The translations under genes and the position numbers were made by a program. The notes under the pieces were generated by a model. That model saw only the letters and a program-made list of their open reading frames with translations, searched no databases and was not told the origin of the DNA. DNA of 64,000 nt from an uncultured Desulfobacter sp. Lineage in GTDB: Bacteria; Desulfobacterota; Desulfobacteria; Desulfobacterales; Desulfobacteraceae. This document shows, in pieces, positions 1-10,164 of this stretch; the first letter of the stretch is position 1, and each line of letters opens with the position of its first letter. The stretch spans positions 4,032,001-4,096,000 of the forward strand of contig OY762069.1 in assembly GCA_963665095.1 (NCBI GenBank). The letters are read 5' to 3'.

Positions 1-363
1 GGCCTTGGCACAGTCCATGGCATTGCCGGCCCCATGGGCGCCTTCACCCCTGTCCCCCATGGCGTTGCCTGCGGGCGACTGCTCTCCCCGGTATTTCGCA
101 GACTGGCCGATGAAATGCCGGTGCCGGTTCTGGATGAGACAGGCGCCTGGCTGGCCCGGGGAGTTGATGCGGCTGCCCGGCCCGGGGATGGTCAGGCAGT
201 ACTGGATATTCTGGATGAATGGGCAGCAAAACTGCCCTCCTTTCACCATTACGGCATCACGCCCAAAGAGATTGAATCTGCGGCAGGGGCTGCCGGAAAT
301 AAAAACTTTCCCGTCCAACTGAATTTCCAGGAAATCCGGAATATTCTTCTGGCACTTGTCTGA
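1..363 (+). CDS. Iron-containing alcohol dehydrogenase family protein, C-terminal part (5' truncated by window)
   Basis: Frame 1 from base 1 reads GLGTVHGIAGPMG...VPHGVACG, matching the two metal-binding His motifs of Fe-ADHs; stop TGA at 361-363. Confidence 0.8.
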   Translation, partial: GLGTVHGIAGPMGAFTPVPHGVACGRLLSPVFRRLADEMPVPVLDETGAWLARGVDAAARPGDGQAVLDILDEWAAKLPSFHHYGITPKEIESAAGAAGNKNFPVQLNFQEIRNILLALV

Positions 364-368
364 TACGC

Positions 369-1763
369 ATGCCGCCTTCTTCAGAAAAACCGGGCATGCC
401 CCGAAAAGCCTTTTTGAGCCTTTTGTTCACCCTGGCGTTACCCATCTCACTGCAGTATCTTTTGACCTGCTCCATGGCAGTGATCGACCTTTTAATGATT
501 GGCCAGCTCAATGATGCGGCAGTGGCGGCGGTGGGCATTGCCAACCAGTTCGTTTTTATCTTTTTTGTCATCCAGTTCGGCATCCATTCCGGTGTGGCCA
601 TTTTTACAGCCCAGTACTGGGGGAAACAGGATCTGTCCAGAATCCGCCAGCTGTCAGGCTTAGGTATTCTGGCAGGGCTTGTTATTGCATCGCCTTTTGC
701 CTGTGCTGCCCTGTTTTTCCCGGCCTCTGTCATCTCTTTATTTTCCAGTTCTCAACAAGTCATTGAAAGCGGCGCAGACTATCTTGGTATTGTAGGGATT
801 GTATTTATCCCCTTCTGCGTGACGTTTTCCTTTATGACCAACCTGAGAAGCATGGGCTTTGTCACCCCCCCACTGATCTCATCGGCAGTCTCCGTGGTTG
901 TGAATGTTGTCCTTAACTACTGCCTGATCTTCGGCAACTTCGGATTCCCAGAAATGGGCGTGACAGGCGCAGCCATTGCCACATGCATAGCGAAAATCAT
1001 TGAAACCCTGCTTTTGACAGCCCAGGTCTACCTGAAGCCTTATCCTCTTGCCGCCACCGTAAAACAGATGCTGGGATTTGATTTCTCTTTTGTAAAACGG
1101 GTGGCAGCCACCTGCTGGCCGGTGTTCCTTAATGAATTTTTCTGGGTCACAGGTGTCAGCATGTATAAACTGGTGTATGCGCGCATGGGCACCACGGCCA
1201 TTGCTGCGGTCAATATTACGGCGACCCTTGAAGAATTTTTGTTTATCCCCTTTTTTGGGATTTTTCACGGCGGCTCCATTTTAATCGGCAACAGCATCGG
1301 GGCCGGCAGGGACAAAAGGGCCTATGCCTATGGAAAATTTATTTTACTGGCCCAGCTGCCCATGGCTGTGCTGGCAGGCATCTGCCTGATACTGTGCCGG
1401 AATTTTATATTGGGGTTTTATAATATTTCCCCTGCAGCCCAGCAAAACGCCTATTATCTGATGCTGACCACCGGGCTTGTCCTGTGGGCCAAAACCACCA
1501 ATTTCACCACAGTGGTTTCTATCTTCAGAGGAGGTGGGGATACCCGATTCGGATTTTTTATGGATTTAACCGGGGTGTGGTGCATTGGTGTGCCCATGGC
1601 TTTTTTTGCCGCCTTTGTCCTGCACCTGCCCGTGTACTGGGTTATGGCCCTGGTGGCTCTGGAAGAGGTGTTTAAACTGGTGGTGGGCCTGCCGAGATTT
1701 TTTTCAAAAAAATGGATAAAAAACCTTGTGACAGAGCCGGTGGTTCCCAAACATCTCCCTTAA
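369..1763 (+). CDS. MATE family efflux transporter
   Basis: 464 aa, about 12 hydrophobic segments, two MATE repeats (DLLMIGQL..AVAAVGIANQ; LIFGNFGFPEMGVTGAAIAT; FRGGGDT). Confidence 0.92.
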   Translation: MPPSSEKPGMPRKAFLSLLFTLALPISLQYLLTCSMAVIDLLMIGQLNDAAVAAVGIANQFVFIFFVIQFGIHSGVAIFTAQYWGKQDLSRIRQLSGLGILAGLVIASPFACAALFFPASVISLFSSSQQVIESGADYLGIVGIVFIPFCVTFSFMTNLRSMGFVTPPLISSAVSVVVNVVLNYCLIFGNFGFPEMGVTGAAIATCIAKIIETLLLTAQVYLKPYPLAATVKQMLGFDFSFVKRVAATCWPVFLNEFFWVTGVSMYKLVYARMGTTAIAAVNITATLEEFLFIPFFGIFHGGSILIGNSIGAGRDKRAYAYGKFILLAQLPMAVLAGICLILCRNFILGFYNISPAAQQNAYYLMLTTGLVLWAKTTNFTTVVSIFRGGGDTRFGFFMDLTGVWCIGVPMAFFAAFVLHLPVYWVMALVALEEVFKLVVGLPRFFSKKWIKNLVTEPVVPKHLP

Positions 1764-1881
1764 TGCAGACCGCTACCCCCTGGGACAGCAACACGATATT
1801 TGGTGTAGCCATAACCCAAAAAACAAATCACACATCTTGCTTGCCTTTTTATCTGCATTTTTAGTTGGGTAACATGAACAC

Positions 1882-4800
1882 TCAGCTGTCTGCTGAAAAC
1901 CGCTTATCCAGACCACTGATCCCCATGCCGGAGGATGGCTGCACCCGGATACAGGTATTAATCCGCTCCTTAAGCGTTTCAACATGGGAGATAATACCGA
2001 TCATCCGGCCGGAGGCATTCAGGCTGTCCAGGGCATCCAGAGCCGTATCCAGGGCCTGGGAGTCCAGGGTGCCAAACCCCTCGTCCAGAAACAGGGAATC
2101 TATGGATGTCCGGCTGGAGACAAGATCGGACAGGGCAAGGGCAAGGGCAAGGCTGACAAGAAAACTCTCTCCGCCGGACAGGGTCCGGGTGTCCCGCACG
2201 GTATCTGCCTGCCAGGTGTCCACCACCTCCAGGCCTAAGGGTTCGTCATTTTTCCGGCTAAGCTGGTATCGTCCATGGAGATGCAAAAGACGTTTATTGG
2301 CAAGCCAGAGCAGATGTGACAGTGTCAGCCCCTGGGCAAATCTGCGAAATTTATCGCCCTCGCTGGATCCAATAAGCCCGGAGAGATCTGTCCAGTCATC
2401 GTAGATAATTTTCTGCCGGTCAATCTGAGCACACAGGTCGGCCAGTTCTTTTCTGCGGGCCAGATCTGCCCGCTGCTTTTCCTTTAACTCTCCGCGCTGC
2501 ATGACAAGATCCCGGATTTCGTCCCGGATCTGCTGCAGAAGTGCCGGAAGATCGGCTGACATGTCAAATTCCGGCTCTGCTGCCCTGTGCGCTTTAAAAA
2601 GCGCTTCTGTCTGGTTTTCCAGGGCGCAGGCCGTGTCTATATCCTTTTGCAGTCTGAGCCCCAGGGCTTCAAGCCGGTTGCGCTCCTCCCGGGGAATCAG
2701 GGCGGATTGAAATGATTTTTCTGAAGAAAAAACGCTGCCGGCAAGACATTGTGTCCAGGATTGGACAGCTGCCGCCTCTTTCTGCACCAGGCTATTTTTC
2801 ACCTGTTCCAGAGACCGTTGCCGGCCCAGGAGCTGGTCTTTTTCGGTTCTGACCCGCTCCATCCGGGCCATGGTCCTCTCCAGGGACCTTTCAGCAGCCT
2901 TAACCCCGGCTGATAATTTTTCACGTTCCCTGGCTGGATCTTTATCCCCGAAAAGATCTTTCCGCCGGGCAACAAGACCCAGGCGTTCTTTTTCTATTTC
3001 TGCCCGCTCTGCAGAAAGATCTGCATGTTGCCTCTGGAGCAGCGACGCTTCCTGCCGGAGTGCCCCCAGTTCTGTTTTAAGCCCGGACAGTTCCTGCTCT
3101 GCTTTTCTATCTGCCTCAACCGCTGCCTGAAAGGCCTTTTTCATCGCCCGGGCAGACGCCAGCCATTGATCCGGATCTTTTTGCGGATCAACAGCCTCAA
3201 GGCCCTGAACAGGCTCAATGCCCCGGCTGATCTCACCAGACAGGCGGTCCAGACTGGCCTGGAGGGTTTCCGTCCGGGCGGCCAGATCCTTACCATACCG
3301 GATCAGCTGATCCTTTTCCTTGCCGGCCAGAGCCAAATCCTGTTGCAGGGTATGACGCATTGTTTCTTTGTCAGATATGGCCTCTTTCCCCGCAGCAAGT
3401 ACTTTTTCCAGTTGTCCCAGTTTATCAAGCTGGCTGCCAAGTTTTGACAGACGGGCATTTTCCCCATCCAGCCATGTGAAAAACGCCGCTTTGTCATCGG
3501 GTCCGGGACAGGGGAAAACACCTATATCCCGGCACAGGCCGTTCCATTGTTCCCGGGCTTCAGTCATATGGTCCGACAGCTGCAGGTTCTCCCGCTCCAG
3601 GGCGTCAAGTCTGGCCCGGGCAGCTGCCAGGTCCCGGGTGGAAGCCTCCAGCTCAGCTTTGAGCTGTTGCAGCGCTTCAGTTTTGTGCGCCTTTTTGTTC
3701 CGGGTGGAGTCAGGGTCTGCTTCTTTGTACCTCTCAATGCCGGGGTGCTCGGTTGAACCGCACAGGGGGCAGGCCTCTCCGGGCACCAGGCTGTTTCTGT
3801 GGACATCGAGACTTGCAATACGTTCCTCAAGGATCAGGGTCCGGTCCAGGTCCTGGATATGGGAATCAAGGTCTGTACACCGGGCAGACAGGCTGTCACA
3901 CCGTTCCTGACGCTGATTCAGAGCCTTTTGACCGGACTGCATTTCCTTGGCGATCCGGGTTACACGTATCTTGTCAGCGTCGTACTGACGACAAAGAGAT
4001 GCCAGTGATTCCCTAATCCGGGCATTGCCGGCCAGGCGCCTGTATCTTTTTTCAACCTCATCCCTGGCCCTGCCGTCCAGCAGGGTCTCAATGGCCTGTA
4101 CAGATTTGGCTGTCTCTTTACCCAGGTCACCCAGGGCGTTATCAACCTCGGCAATCCCTCGTTCCAGTTTTTGAATGGTTTGATCTGCCCGGCTTTTGTC
4201 AGAAAAATTTTTATCCCTTGCCGCTCCTATATTCCTCATATCCTTGAGCAGACGTTTTTTCTGGTCAAACAGGGAAGAGACCAGGGGCAGAATTTCGCTT
4301 AATTTTTCGTGGGAAGCATGTGTGGCCAGATATCGGGTCCGGATCTCCTTTTCCTTTTGAACAGCCTCTTCCCGGTCCAGCAGTATATTGCATCCACTGT
4401 CAAGCTCTGCCAGCCGCTCCTGCATGGACCTTAACCCGGACGTCTTTGTGTGCAGGTCTTTTGACATCTCTTCGATTCTGCGGTCCAGGGGAATAACAGT
4501 GTCTGCCATCAGCGCTTCGGTCTGCGCACACGCTTGCCGGGCCGCATCCAGACTCTGCTTTGCAGATGCAGTCTCCTTTATTGTCCGGTCCACCCGGGGC
4601 AGGATGTTGACCAGGCACAGATCATTTTCAGCCAGGTCTTTCTGATTATCCGCCATCTCTTTTTGGATGGCATGCACGGCATCGAAAACCGGTTTGATTT
4701 CCAGCGCAGGCAGGCAGGCTTTTAACCGGGCCAATTCATCGCGACCAGCCTCCAGGGCTGCCCGGGCCTTTTGGTGCTGTTCCCGGCAGGCTGCCATATC

Positions 4801-5565
4801 GGCCTCAATCCGTTTTAATTTATCCTGCCAGGCAATGCATGCGGACAACTGGTCAGCCTTTTGGGTTAACTCTTTTTCCCGGGAAAGAAGTCCGGCCACC
4901 TGACGTTCGATCTCTTCACGTTCATCCACGCTGAGCGGCGCCACGCCCCCGGCCCTGTCCCGGAGTCTTTCAAGCAGCTCCTTTTGCTCTCTGGCCTGCT
5001 CAAACACCCGTTTTGAAATCCTTGCGTAGATATCTGTACCAGTCAGCTCTTCGAGCAGTTCTGCCCGTTCATTGGCTGTGGCATTTAAGAATGCGGCAAA
5101 ATCACCCTGGGCCAGCAGGATGGACTTGGTAAACCGATGAAAATCCAGACCGGTAATGGCAACAATCTGTTCCAGCTTCTGCGTTACCTTGCTGGCCAGG
5201 ATGGTGCCGTCTGCACGTGACAGTTCCGCCTGAACCGGCTGCAGCCGCCCATCAGGGTTCAGTTTTGCCCGTCGCTGGCCCCAGAATGCTCTGAAAATGG
5301 TGCCGTTTACCTCAAACTCCACCTCAGACATGCACTCTCCGGTGTGCCGGGTCATGACCTCATTGGTTCCGGAAGAAACAATAAGCCTCGGTGTCCGGTG
5401 ATACAGGGCCAGACACAGGGCATCCAGGATGGAGGATTTTCCAGCCCCTGTGGGCCCGGTGATGGCAAAAATACCCTGGGAGGAAAACTCAGGCGCGTTA
5501 AAATCGATACGCCACGCCCCCTTCAGGGAGTTGATGTTTTTAAAATGCAGCTTAAGAATCTTCAC
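1882..5565 (-). CDS. sbcC: SbcC/Rad50 ATPase subunit of SbcCD nuclease
   Basis: Walker A GPTGAGKS, long coiled coil with CPLCG zinc hook, LSGGE signature, LFLDEGFG Walker B; overlaps sbcD stop. Confidence 0.95.
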   Translation of the reverse strand: MKILKLHFKNINSLKGAWRIDFNAPEFSSQGIFAITGPTGAGKSSILDALCLALYHRTPRLIVSSGTNEVMTRHTGECMSEVEFEVNGTIFRAFWGQRRAKLNPDGRLQPVQAELSRADGTILASKVTQKLEQIVAITGLDFHRFTKSILLAQGDFAAFLNATANERAELLEELTGTDIYARISKRVFEQAREQKELLERLRDRAGGVAPLSVDEREEIERQVAGLLSREKELTQKADQLSACIAWQDKLKRIEADMAACREQHQKARAALEAGRDELARLKACLPALEIKPVFDAVHAIQKEMADNQKDLAENDLCLVNILPRVDRTIKETASAKQSLDAARQACAQTEALMADTVIPLDRRIEEMSKDLHTKTSGLRSMQERLAELDSGCNILLDREEAVQKEKEIRTRYLATHASHEKLSEILPLVSSLFDQKKRLLKDMRNIGAARDKNFSDKSRADQTIQKLERGIAEVDNALGDLGKETAKSVQAIETLLDGRARDEVEKRYRRLAGNARIRESLASLCRQYDADKIRVTRIAKEMQSGQKALNQRQERCDSLSARCTDLDSHIQDLDRTLILEERIASLDVHRNSLVPGEACPLCGSTEHPGIERYKEADPDSTRNKKAHKTEALQQLKAELEASTRDLAAARARLDALERENLQLSDHMTEAREQWNGLCRDIGVFPCPGPDDKAAFFTWLDGENARLSKLGSQLDKLGQLEKVLAAGKEAISDKETMRHTLQQDLALAGKEKDQLIRYGKDLAARTETLQASLDRLSGEISRGIEPVQGLEAVDPQKDPDQWLASARAMKKAFQAAVEADRKAEQELSGLKTELGALRQEASLLQRQHADLSAERAEIEKERLGLVARRKDLFGDKDPAREREKLSAGVKAAERSLERTMARMERVRTEKDQLLGRQRSLEQVKNSLVQKEAAAVQSWTQCLAGSVFSSEKSFQSALIPREERNRLEALGLRLQKDIDTACALENQTEALFKAHRAAEPEFDMSADLPALLQQIRDEIRDLVMQRGELKEKQRADLARRKELADLCAQIDRQKIIYDDWTDLSGLIGSSEGDKFRRFAQGLTLSHLLWLANKRLLHLHGRYQLSRKNDEPLGLEVVDTWQADTVRDTRTLSGGESFLVSLALALALSDLVSSRTSIDSLFLDEGFGTLDSQALDTALDALDSLNASGRMIGIISHVETLKERINTCIRVQPSSGMGISGLDKRFSADS

Positions 5566-6902
5566 CGGGATGACTCCTGAACGCCAGAAATGGCATCATC
5601 CGGGTCCTGCGGCTGGGTGGAAGCATTTTCCGGCGTCTTTGTCGCAATCTCATCAAGGACCTGATCAAACAGGCCCGTCAGCGTCTGTGCCCGCTCCTGT
5701 GGCAGATCCGCCATCTCCAGCCGTCGGGCAAAAACCTGTTCAGGCGTCAGTTCCTCCAGGCGTTCCCGGGCTTCAGAAATGTGCAGATGCCGGGGATCCG
5801 GGCCCTGGCGGCACACCCTGAGCAGTTCAGGGACATTTCCGGCAGGAAAAATTTTTGCGATCATCTCCCGGATACGTTCGGGCAGATCCGGCAGATGCAG
5901 GTCCGCGGAAACCCTGGCCTCCAGCCAGGCCTCCGGACGGCCACTTTTACCCCCTTCCGGTGTCCGGCCGGTATTCGCCTCTAAGTCCTGAAGCGCTTTT
6001 TCTATCTGTTCCAGGGAGCCTTCGACGGTCACAAGTTGCCGGAAAACAGGGACAAAAACCGGTGTTACACAGGCCAGTCCATCTGCCGTAAAATCAATTG
6101 CAAGGACCTGTTTGGGGTGGCCGGCCTCATCAAAGCTTAAAGGAATGGGGGAGCCGCAGTATCTGACATGATCCTGTTTTTTCACCTGCTGGCCCCGGTG
6201 AAGATGCCCCAGCGCCAGGTAGTCAGCAGGCGGGAACCCGCTGGCGGGAAACGCATCCAGGGTACCGATATAGATATCACGAACAGACTCGGAGGATCGC
6301 CCGCCCACAACGGTCAGGTGGCCCGTGGCCATGATGGGCACGGCAATTCCCTGCCGGGCCAGTTCATGTTGTTTTTCCTTTGCCGCCCCAAACACCGCTG
6401 CATAAAACGCCTGAATGGCATTGACCATGGCGGCCTGCCGGTCTGCACCGGAAAGGCCCATGACGCTTTTCATCAGGTCCGCCGGCCGTAGAAACGGAAT
6501 GGCGCACACAAGAAGACCCGGGGCATTGTCCCGGTTTAAAAACAGTTTGACATGTCCGCCGGCATCGGGCATGCGCCCGGCAACCACAGCCGTATGCAGG
6601 TATTCAAGCAGGCCTCTGCCCTCATTCAATGTGGCAGTGGCATCATGATTTCCCCCCAGGATCAGAATATTGCGGCAGCCGGTCCCCTGCATGGCCACGA
6701 TGAACTCATTATAAAGCGTCCTGGCATAGGAGGGCGGGGTACCGGTATCAAAAATATCCCCTGCCACCACCAGGGCATCTGCCTTGCGGTCCTGAATGGT
6801 TTTTACCAGCCAGGCAAGAAAACATTCATGCTCCTTCAGCCGGCTCTTCCCCATGAAATGCTGGCCCAGGTGCCAGTCTGATGTGTGGATAACCCGCATC
6901 AC
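5562..6902 (-). CDS. sbcD: SbcD/Mre11 nuclease subunit
   Basis: HTSDWHLG, GDIFD, GNHD, ALGHLH, YCGSPIPLSFDE metallophosphoesterase motifs. Confidence 0.95.
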   Translation of the reverse strand: MMRVIHTSDWHLGQHFMGKSRLKEHECFLAWLVKTIQDRKADALVVAGDIFDTGTPPSYARTLYNEFIVAMQGTGCRNILILGGNHDATATLNEGRGLLEYLHTAVVAGRMPDAGGHVKLFLNRDNAPGLLVCAIPFLRPADLMKSVMGLSGADRQAAMVNAIQAFYAAVFGAAKEKQHELARQGIAVPIMATGHLTVVGGRSSESVRDIYIGTLDAFPASGFPPADYLALGHLHRGQQVKKQDHVRYCGSPIPLSFDEAGHPKQVLAIDFTADGLACVTPVFVPVFRQLVTVEGSLEQIEKALQDLEANTGRTPEGGKSGRPEAWLEARVSADLHLPDLPERIREMIAKIFPAGNVPELLRVCRQGPDPRHLHISEARERLEELTPEQVFARRLEMADLPQERAQTLTGLFDQVLDEIATKTPENASTQPQDPDDAISGVQESSR

Positions 6903-7843
6903 CGGCTTAATGAAACTCCAATCCGTAAAATCGATTCTTTTTTCCGGTACTCCTTGAGGCGTTCCCCATACCCGTTGAAATACTGGAGATGCAGATAAAG
7001 ATTGAGGCCGTTATTAAAGAATGCCGTTAAGGGATAGCTTAGATCCGCCTGGATGGTGGGACCTTTTTTTGCCCACCGGGTATGGGTATCCAGGCAGAGC
7101 CCCATGGGTCTGCCGGCCTGAACCTGTAGGTCAAAATATCCGCGATAGTCTGCCAGATCCGGGTTGGTGTCATCGTCGTTCACCACATAGATCCACATCT
7201 TGGGGGATACGGCCAGGTATGTCTTTTCAAACAGCTGAACAGCCATGACAGGCTTGATATAAATATAGTTTGTGGATCTGGAGTCGTCGCCATCCTTACC
7301 GTTGGACTCATGCTGGTAACCGCCCTGGATACCGAAAATCCTGATTCTGGAAATATTTAAATCAATCTTGGGCACCAGGTAAAAAAACTCAGGCTTATAA
7401 CTGGAATCATCAAAAGGCAGGGAATCTGATTTCAGGTCCCAGAAAGAGGTCTGGGTGTAGGCGAGATGAAAGCCATCCAGAAAGGTGTTCAGCCCGTTGC
7501 TGCCAAAGGGCTTGTTAAACAGTTTGTATTTAAAACTGAACTGGAATTTGCTTTTTTCCAGGCCCGGACTGGCACCCAGCAGAAAATAAACCGGTTCATA
7601 GGCGGACAGATTATTTAAAAAAGGCTGAAACTCAGCCTGTTTTTCCCCTATGCCCAGTTGGCCGCTGCCTGTCCGTTCTTCTTTTATGTTCTTTTGCACT
7701 TCTTCCAAACTATTCTGCCCGGCTGGCAACGAAACAGAAGATTCACTGCCCAAAGCAGGCGGCCGGAATTCCGGCACAGCAAGCCATAAAATAAACAGAA
7801 AACAAATTACAGCGTACCGGCTTATTTCATATGCGCGGGCCAT
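6899..7843 (-). CDS. pldA: Outer-membrane phospholipase A1 (OMPLA)
   Basis: KFQFSFK, AYTQTSFW, YKPE, HESNG catalytic motif, SRSTN, YFNGYGE; start set at ATG 7843 after GGAGAG. Confidence 0.85.
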   Translation of the reverse strand: MARAYEISRYAVICFLFILWLAVPEFRPPALGSESSVSLPAGQNSLEEVQKNIKEERTGSGQLGIGEKQAEFQPFLNNLSAYEPVYFLLGASPGLEKSKFQFSFKYKLFNKPFGSNGLNTFLDGFHLAYTQTSFWDLKSDSLPFDDSSYKPEFFYLVPKIDLNISRIRIFGIQGGYQHESNGKDGDDSRSTNYIYIKPVMAVQLFEKTYLAVSPKMWIYVVNDDDTNPDLADYRGYFDLQVQAGRPMGLCLDTHTRWAKKGPTIQADLSYPLTAFFNNGLNLYLHLQYFNGYGERLKEYRKKESILRIGVSLSR

Positions 7844-8109
7844 GGACTCTCCAGTTAAGCAACTTTTCAGGTAAACGGTTCTGATATGCGGAAAAACTTT
7901 CCTTAAGAACCGCAATAACCAGTCACACCTAATTTAGATATCCCTGTGCTGTCAAGATAAAAAATCGACCACCCTTGACCTGACGCCAAAAGAAATTAAC
8001 TTAATTCAAGACAAGTAATGTCTGACTAACTATAAAAGCCAAGTTAAAAACCGACCCTCAAAACCGAAACCTGAGTTTTGACCGGAAAATAAAATATAAA
8101 GGAAAACAC

Positions 8110-8736
8110 ATGAACTTCCAGCAAATTGCCCAAAACAGAAGATCCATTAATTTTTTTGATCCCCAAAAGGATGTCCCTGAAGCGCTGGTCCGCCAAATGG
8201 TGGAACTGGCAGCACAGACCCCGTCCAGCTTCAACCTTCAGCCATGGAATCTTTTGATTCTCAGGGATACGGAACAAAAGGAAAAACTTAAATCCCTGGC
8301 CTGGGATCAGCCCAAGGTGGCAGAGGCGCCTGTAACAATGATTCTGCTGGCAGACAAAGAGGGATGGAAACCGGGGCACCCGGTGTTTGAACAGACCTGG
8401 CAGCAGATGGTTAAATCGGGCATGCCTGAAGAACAAAGGCAGTGGTTTCTGGATGCCACCGGTTCCCTTTACAACTGGCACCCGGACGCAAACCTTGCCT
8501 TTGCCGCCAAAAATGCCGGTTTTTTTGGCATGAGCCTGATGTATGCCGCCACAAGCCTGGGGCTGGACTCCCATCCCATGGACGGGTTTGATCATGAAGG
8601 GGTTAAAAAGGCCTTTAATATCCCGGACAGATACTGGATTCCCCTGCTGCTTGCCGTGGGATACAGAAAACCCGACCTGACGCTGGACCCGCCTAAATGG
8701 CGAAAAACCTATGAAGATATTGTGGTTGCTTTTTAG
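8110..8736 (+). CDS. Nitroreductase family protein
   Basis: RRSI..F, PSSFNLQPW, GLDSHPMDGFD motifs; AAGGAA RBS. Confidence 0.92.
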   Translation: MNFQQIAQNRRSINFFDPQKDVPEALVRQMVELAAQTPSSFNLQPWNLLILRDTEQKEKLKSLAWDQPKVAEAPVTMILLADKEGWKPGHPVFEQTWQQMVKSGMPEEQRQWFLDATGSLYNWHPDANLAFAAKNAGFFGMSLMYAATSLGLDSHPMDGFDHEGVKKAFNIPDRYWIPLLLAVGYRKPDLTLDPPKWRKTYEDIVVAF

Positions 8737-8787
8737 GTAGCACCTGCACCTGAACGAAAGCCCCGTATTTGGAATAGATCCTGGTGA

Positions 8788-8829
8788 AAGGGGATGACTG
8801 CCGGTAACAGTCCTGGCAGTTATCCCCTT
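8788..8829. terminator. Long hairpin between convergent genes, probable bidirectional terminator
   Basis: AAGGGGATGACTGCC ... GGCAGTTATCCCCTT inverted repeat, 15-bp stem with one G-U pair. Confidence 0.6.
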
Positions 8830-8854
8830 CTGAGTTGGGAAAAAACTTCCGGAT

Positions 8855-9072
8855 TTAAACCACAAGGCTGGTAAAAGGGTTATTGCGGTATGAATCAGAA
8901 TCTTCTGTCATGATACTCATGAAGTTGGCACTGACATTTTCATACATACTGATGGCCATGGCATTGACCAGCGTCAGGCTGGTGTCATCCTCATCCGCTT
9001 CCTCCGGTGGCGGGCCGCCGCCGGGAGGAGGACCGATGGCCGTTTCATTGCCTTCAGGGGCGGGATACTCAT
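8855..9072 (-). pseudogene. Probable frameshifted or internally deleted small acidic, Pro-rich gene
   Basis: RBS AAAGGAGA precedes ATG at 9072 (MSIP...), but the protein-like tail GPPPGGGPPPEEADEDD...FTSLVV lies in a different frame. Confidence 0.4.
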
Positions 9073-9150
9073 TGTGATCTCCTTTATAGTTGGTTAGTTG
9101 GCCTGAAGGAAAAAATTTCCCTTTCAATGTATCTGAAACAAAAACAGTGC

Positions 9151-10164
9151 CTACTTATTCTCAGGCGGCACCACGTCTGGCATAGTCCCACAGGATTGAT
9201 CCGGATGCGTCCTGAATTTTGCCGGAAACTGCTGATAATGGGCCATCATGGCCTGACGGGGCGTGTAATCTTTAAGGCTTTTAAGCGGCATATCGACATA
9301 CGTATTCAGCGCAGCAGCCAACCGGTTGGACAGGGCATCTGTGTATATTTCCCGGGTATGATTTCCATGACCGTTGAGACGCATCTCCATATCATTCCCT
9401 GCACCCCTAAGACGACGGCAGCTGGCCTCCAGTTGCGCCAAGGTCTTTTCAGGCATGGACCGGCACACCTGACAGGTCACCCCCTGCAACCGACAGAGTT
9501 GTTGAAGCATATGCAGATGGCGGCGGCTGTCATCCCGGAATTTGGCGTCGGAATTGTGCAGGGATAAAGGCTGCTCAGCAATTATGGCACTGACAGGTAT
9601 GGGAAAATGGTCGAGAATCTCCTTGATGAAAGGCAACGCCGGCCCATGAGGTGGATGTGTCGCCTGAATACAAACCCACCGGCTCACACTGTCCACCATC
9701 ACATCAAGAGATATCGGCGTGTGTGCGAACAGCCGTGCCGGGAACAAAAACCTGGAATAATAAAAACAGGTCCCGCCACCCTGGACGGACGCGGCAGGCC
9801 AGGCAGTGTTCAGGGCAGGAAGTCTTGAAATATGATACTGCTTCAGACATCGGTTCAGACTGGACCTTGAGCAATCTGCCGACAAAAACCGGTGAACCAG
9901 GGTTAAAAGATCATCAAGACCGAAACGCAAACTCAATCGCGCACAGACAGCGGCAACCTCCTGCCGCAGGTCAAGCGCGGTATTCACTTTTTCCGGGGTA
10001 TGGGGTTTATCAAATACAGATGCTCTTTTTTGCCACTTCCTTATGGTGGCGTCACTGGTGCCCATACAGGCGGCGGGCCTGGACACCCCCATGCCGGTAT
10101 TTTTCTGGATAAATTCGCGCTGCCCCGGCGTTGTCCGGGCATTTTCATGCAGGTTTATTCTCAT
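9151..10164 (-). CDS. IS481-family transposase-derived protein with degenerate catalytic motif
   Basis: N-terminal LHENARTTP, HTH with TIRKW, SRSSLNRCLK, VDSVSRWV, C-terminal PLKSLKDYTP; the usual TDNG and NGxxER motifs are not present. Confidence 0.75.
   Translation of the reverse strand: MRINLHENARTTPGQREFIQKNTGMGVSRPAACMGTSDATIRKWQKRASVFDKPHTPEKVNTALDLRQEVAAVCARLSLRFGLDDLLTLVHRFLSADCSRSSLNRCLKQYHISRLPALNTAWPAASVQGGGTCFYYSRFLFPARLFAHTPISLDVMVDSVSRWVCIQATHPPHGPALPFIKEILDHFPIPVSAIIAEQPLSLHNSDAKFRDDSRRHLHMLQQLCRLQGVTCQVCRSMPEKTLAQLEASCRRLRGAGNDMEMRLNGHGNHTREIYTDALSNRLAAALNTYVDMPLKSLKDYTPRQAMMAHYQQFPAKFRTHPDQSCGTMPDVVPPENK

Noticed and set aside
8044..8865. Long antisense or overlapping ORFs, e.g. 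8044-8865(-), 12177-12956(-), 12815-13552(+), 20841-21623(+), 61709-62530(-)
   Set aside because: They shadow well-supported genes on the opposite strand and show no protein motifs; expected from codon bias in GC-rich coding DNA
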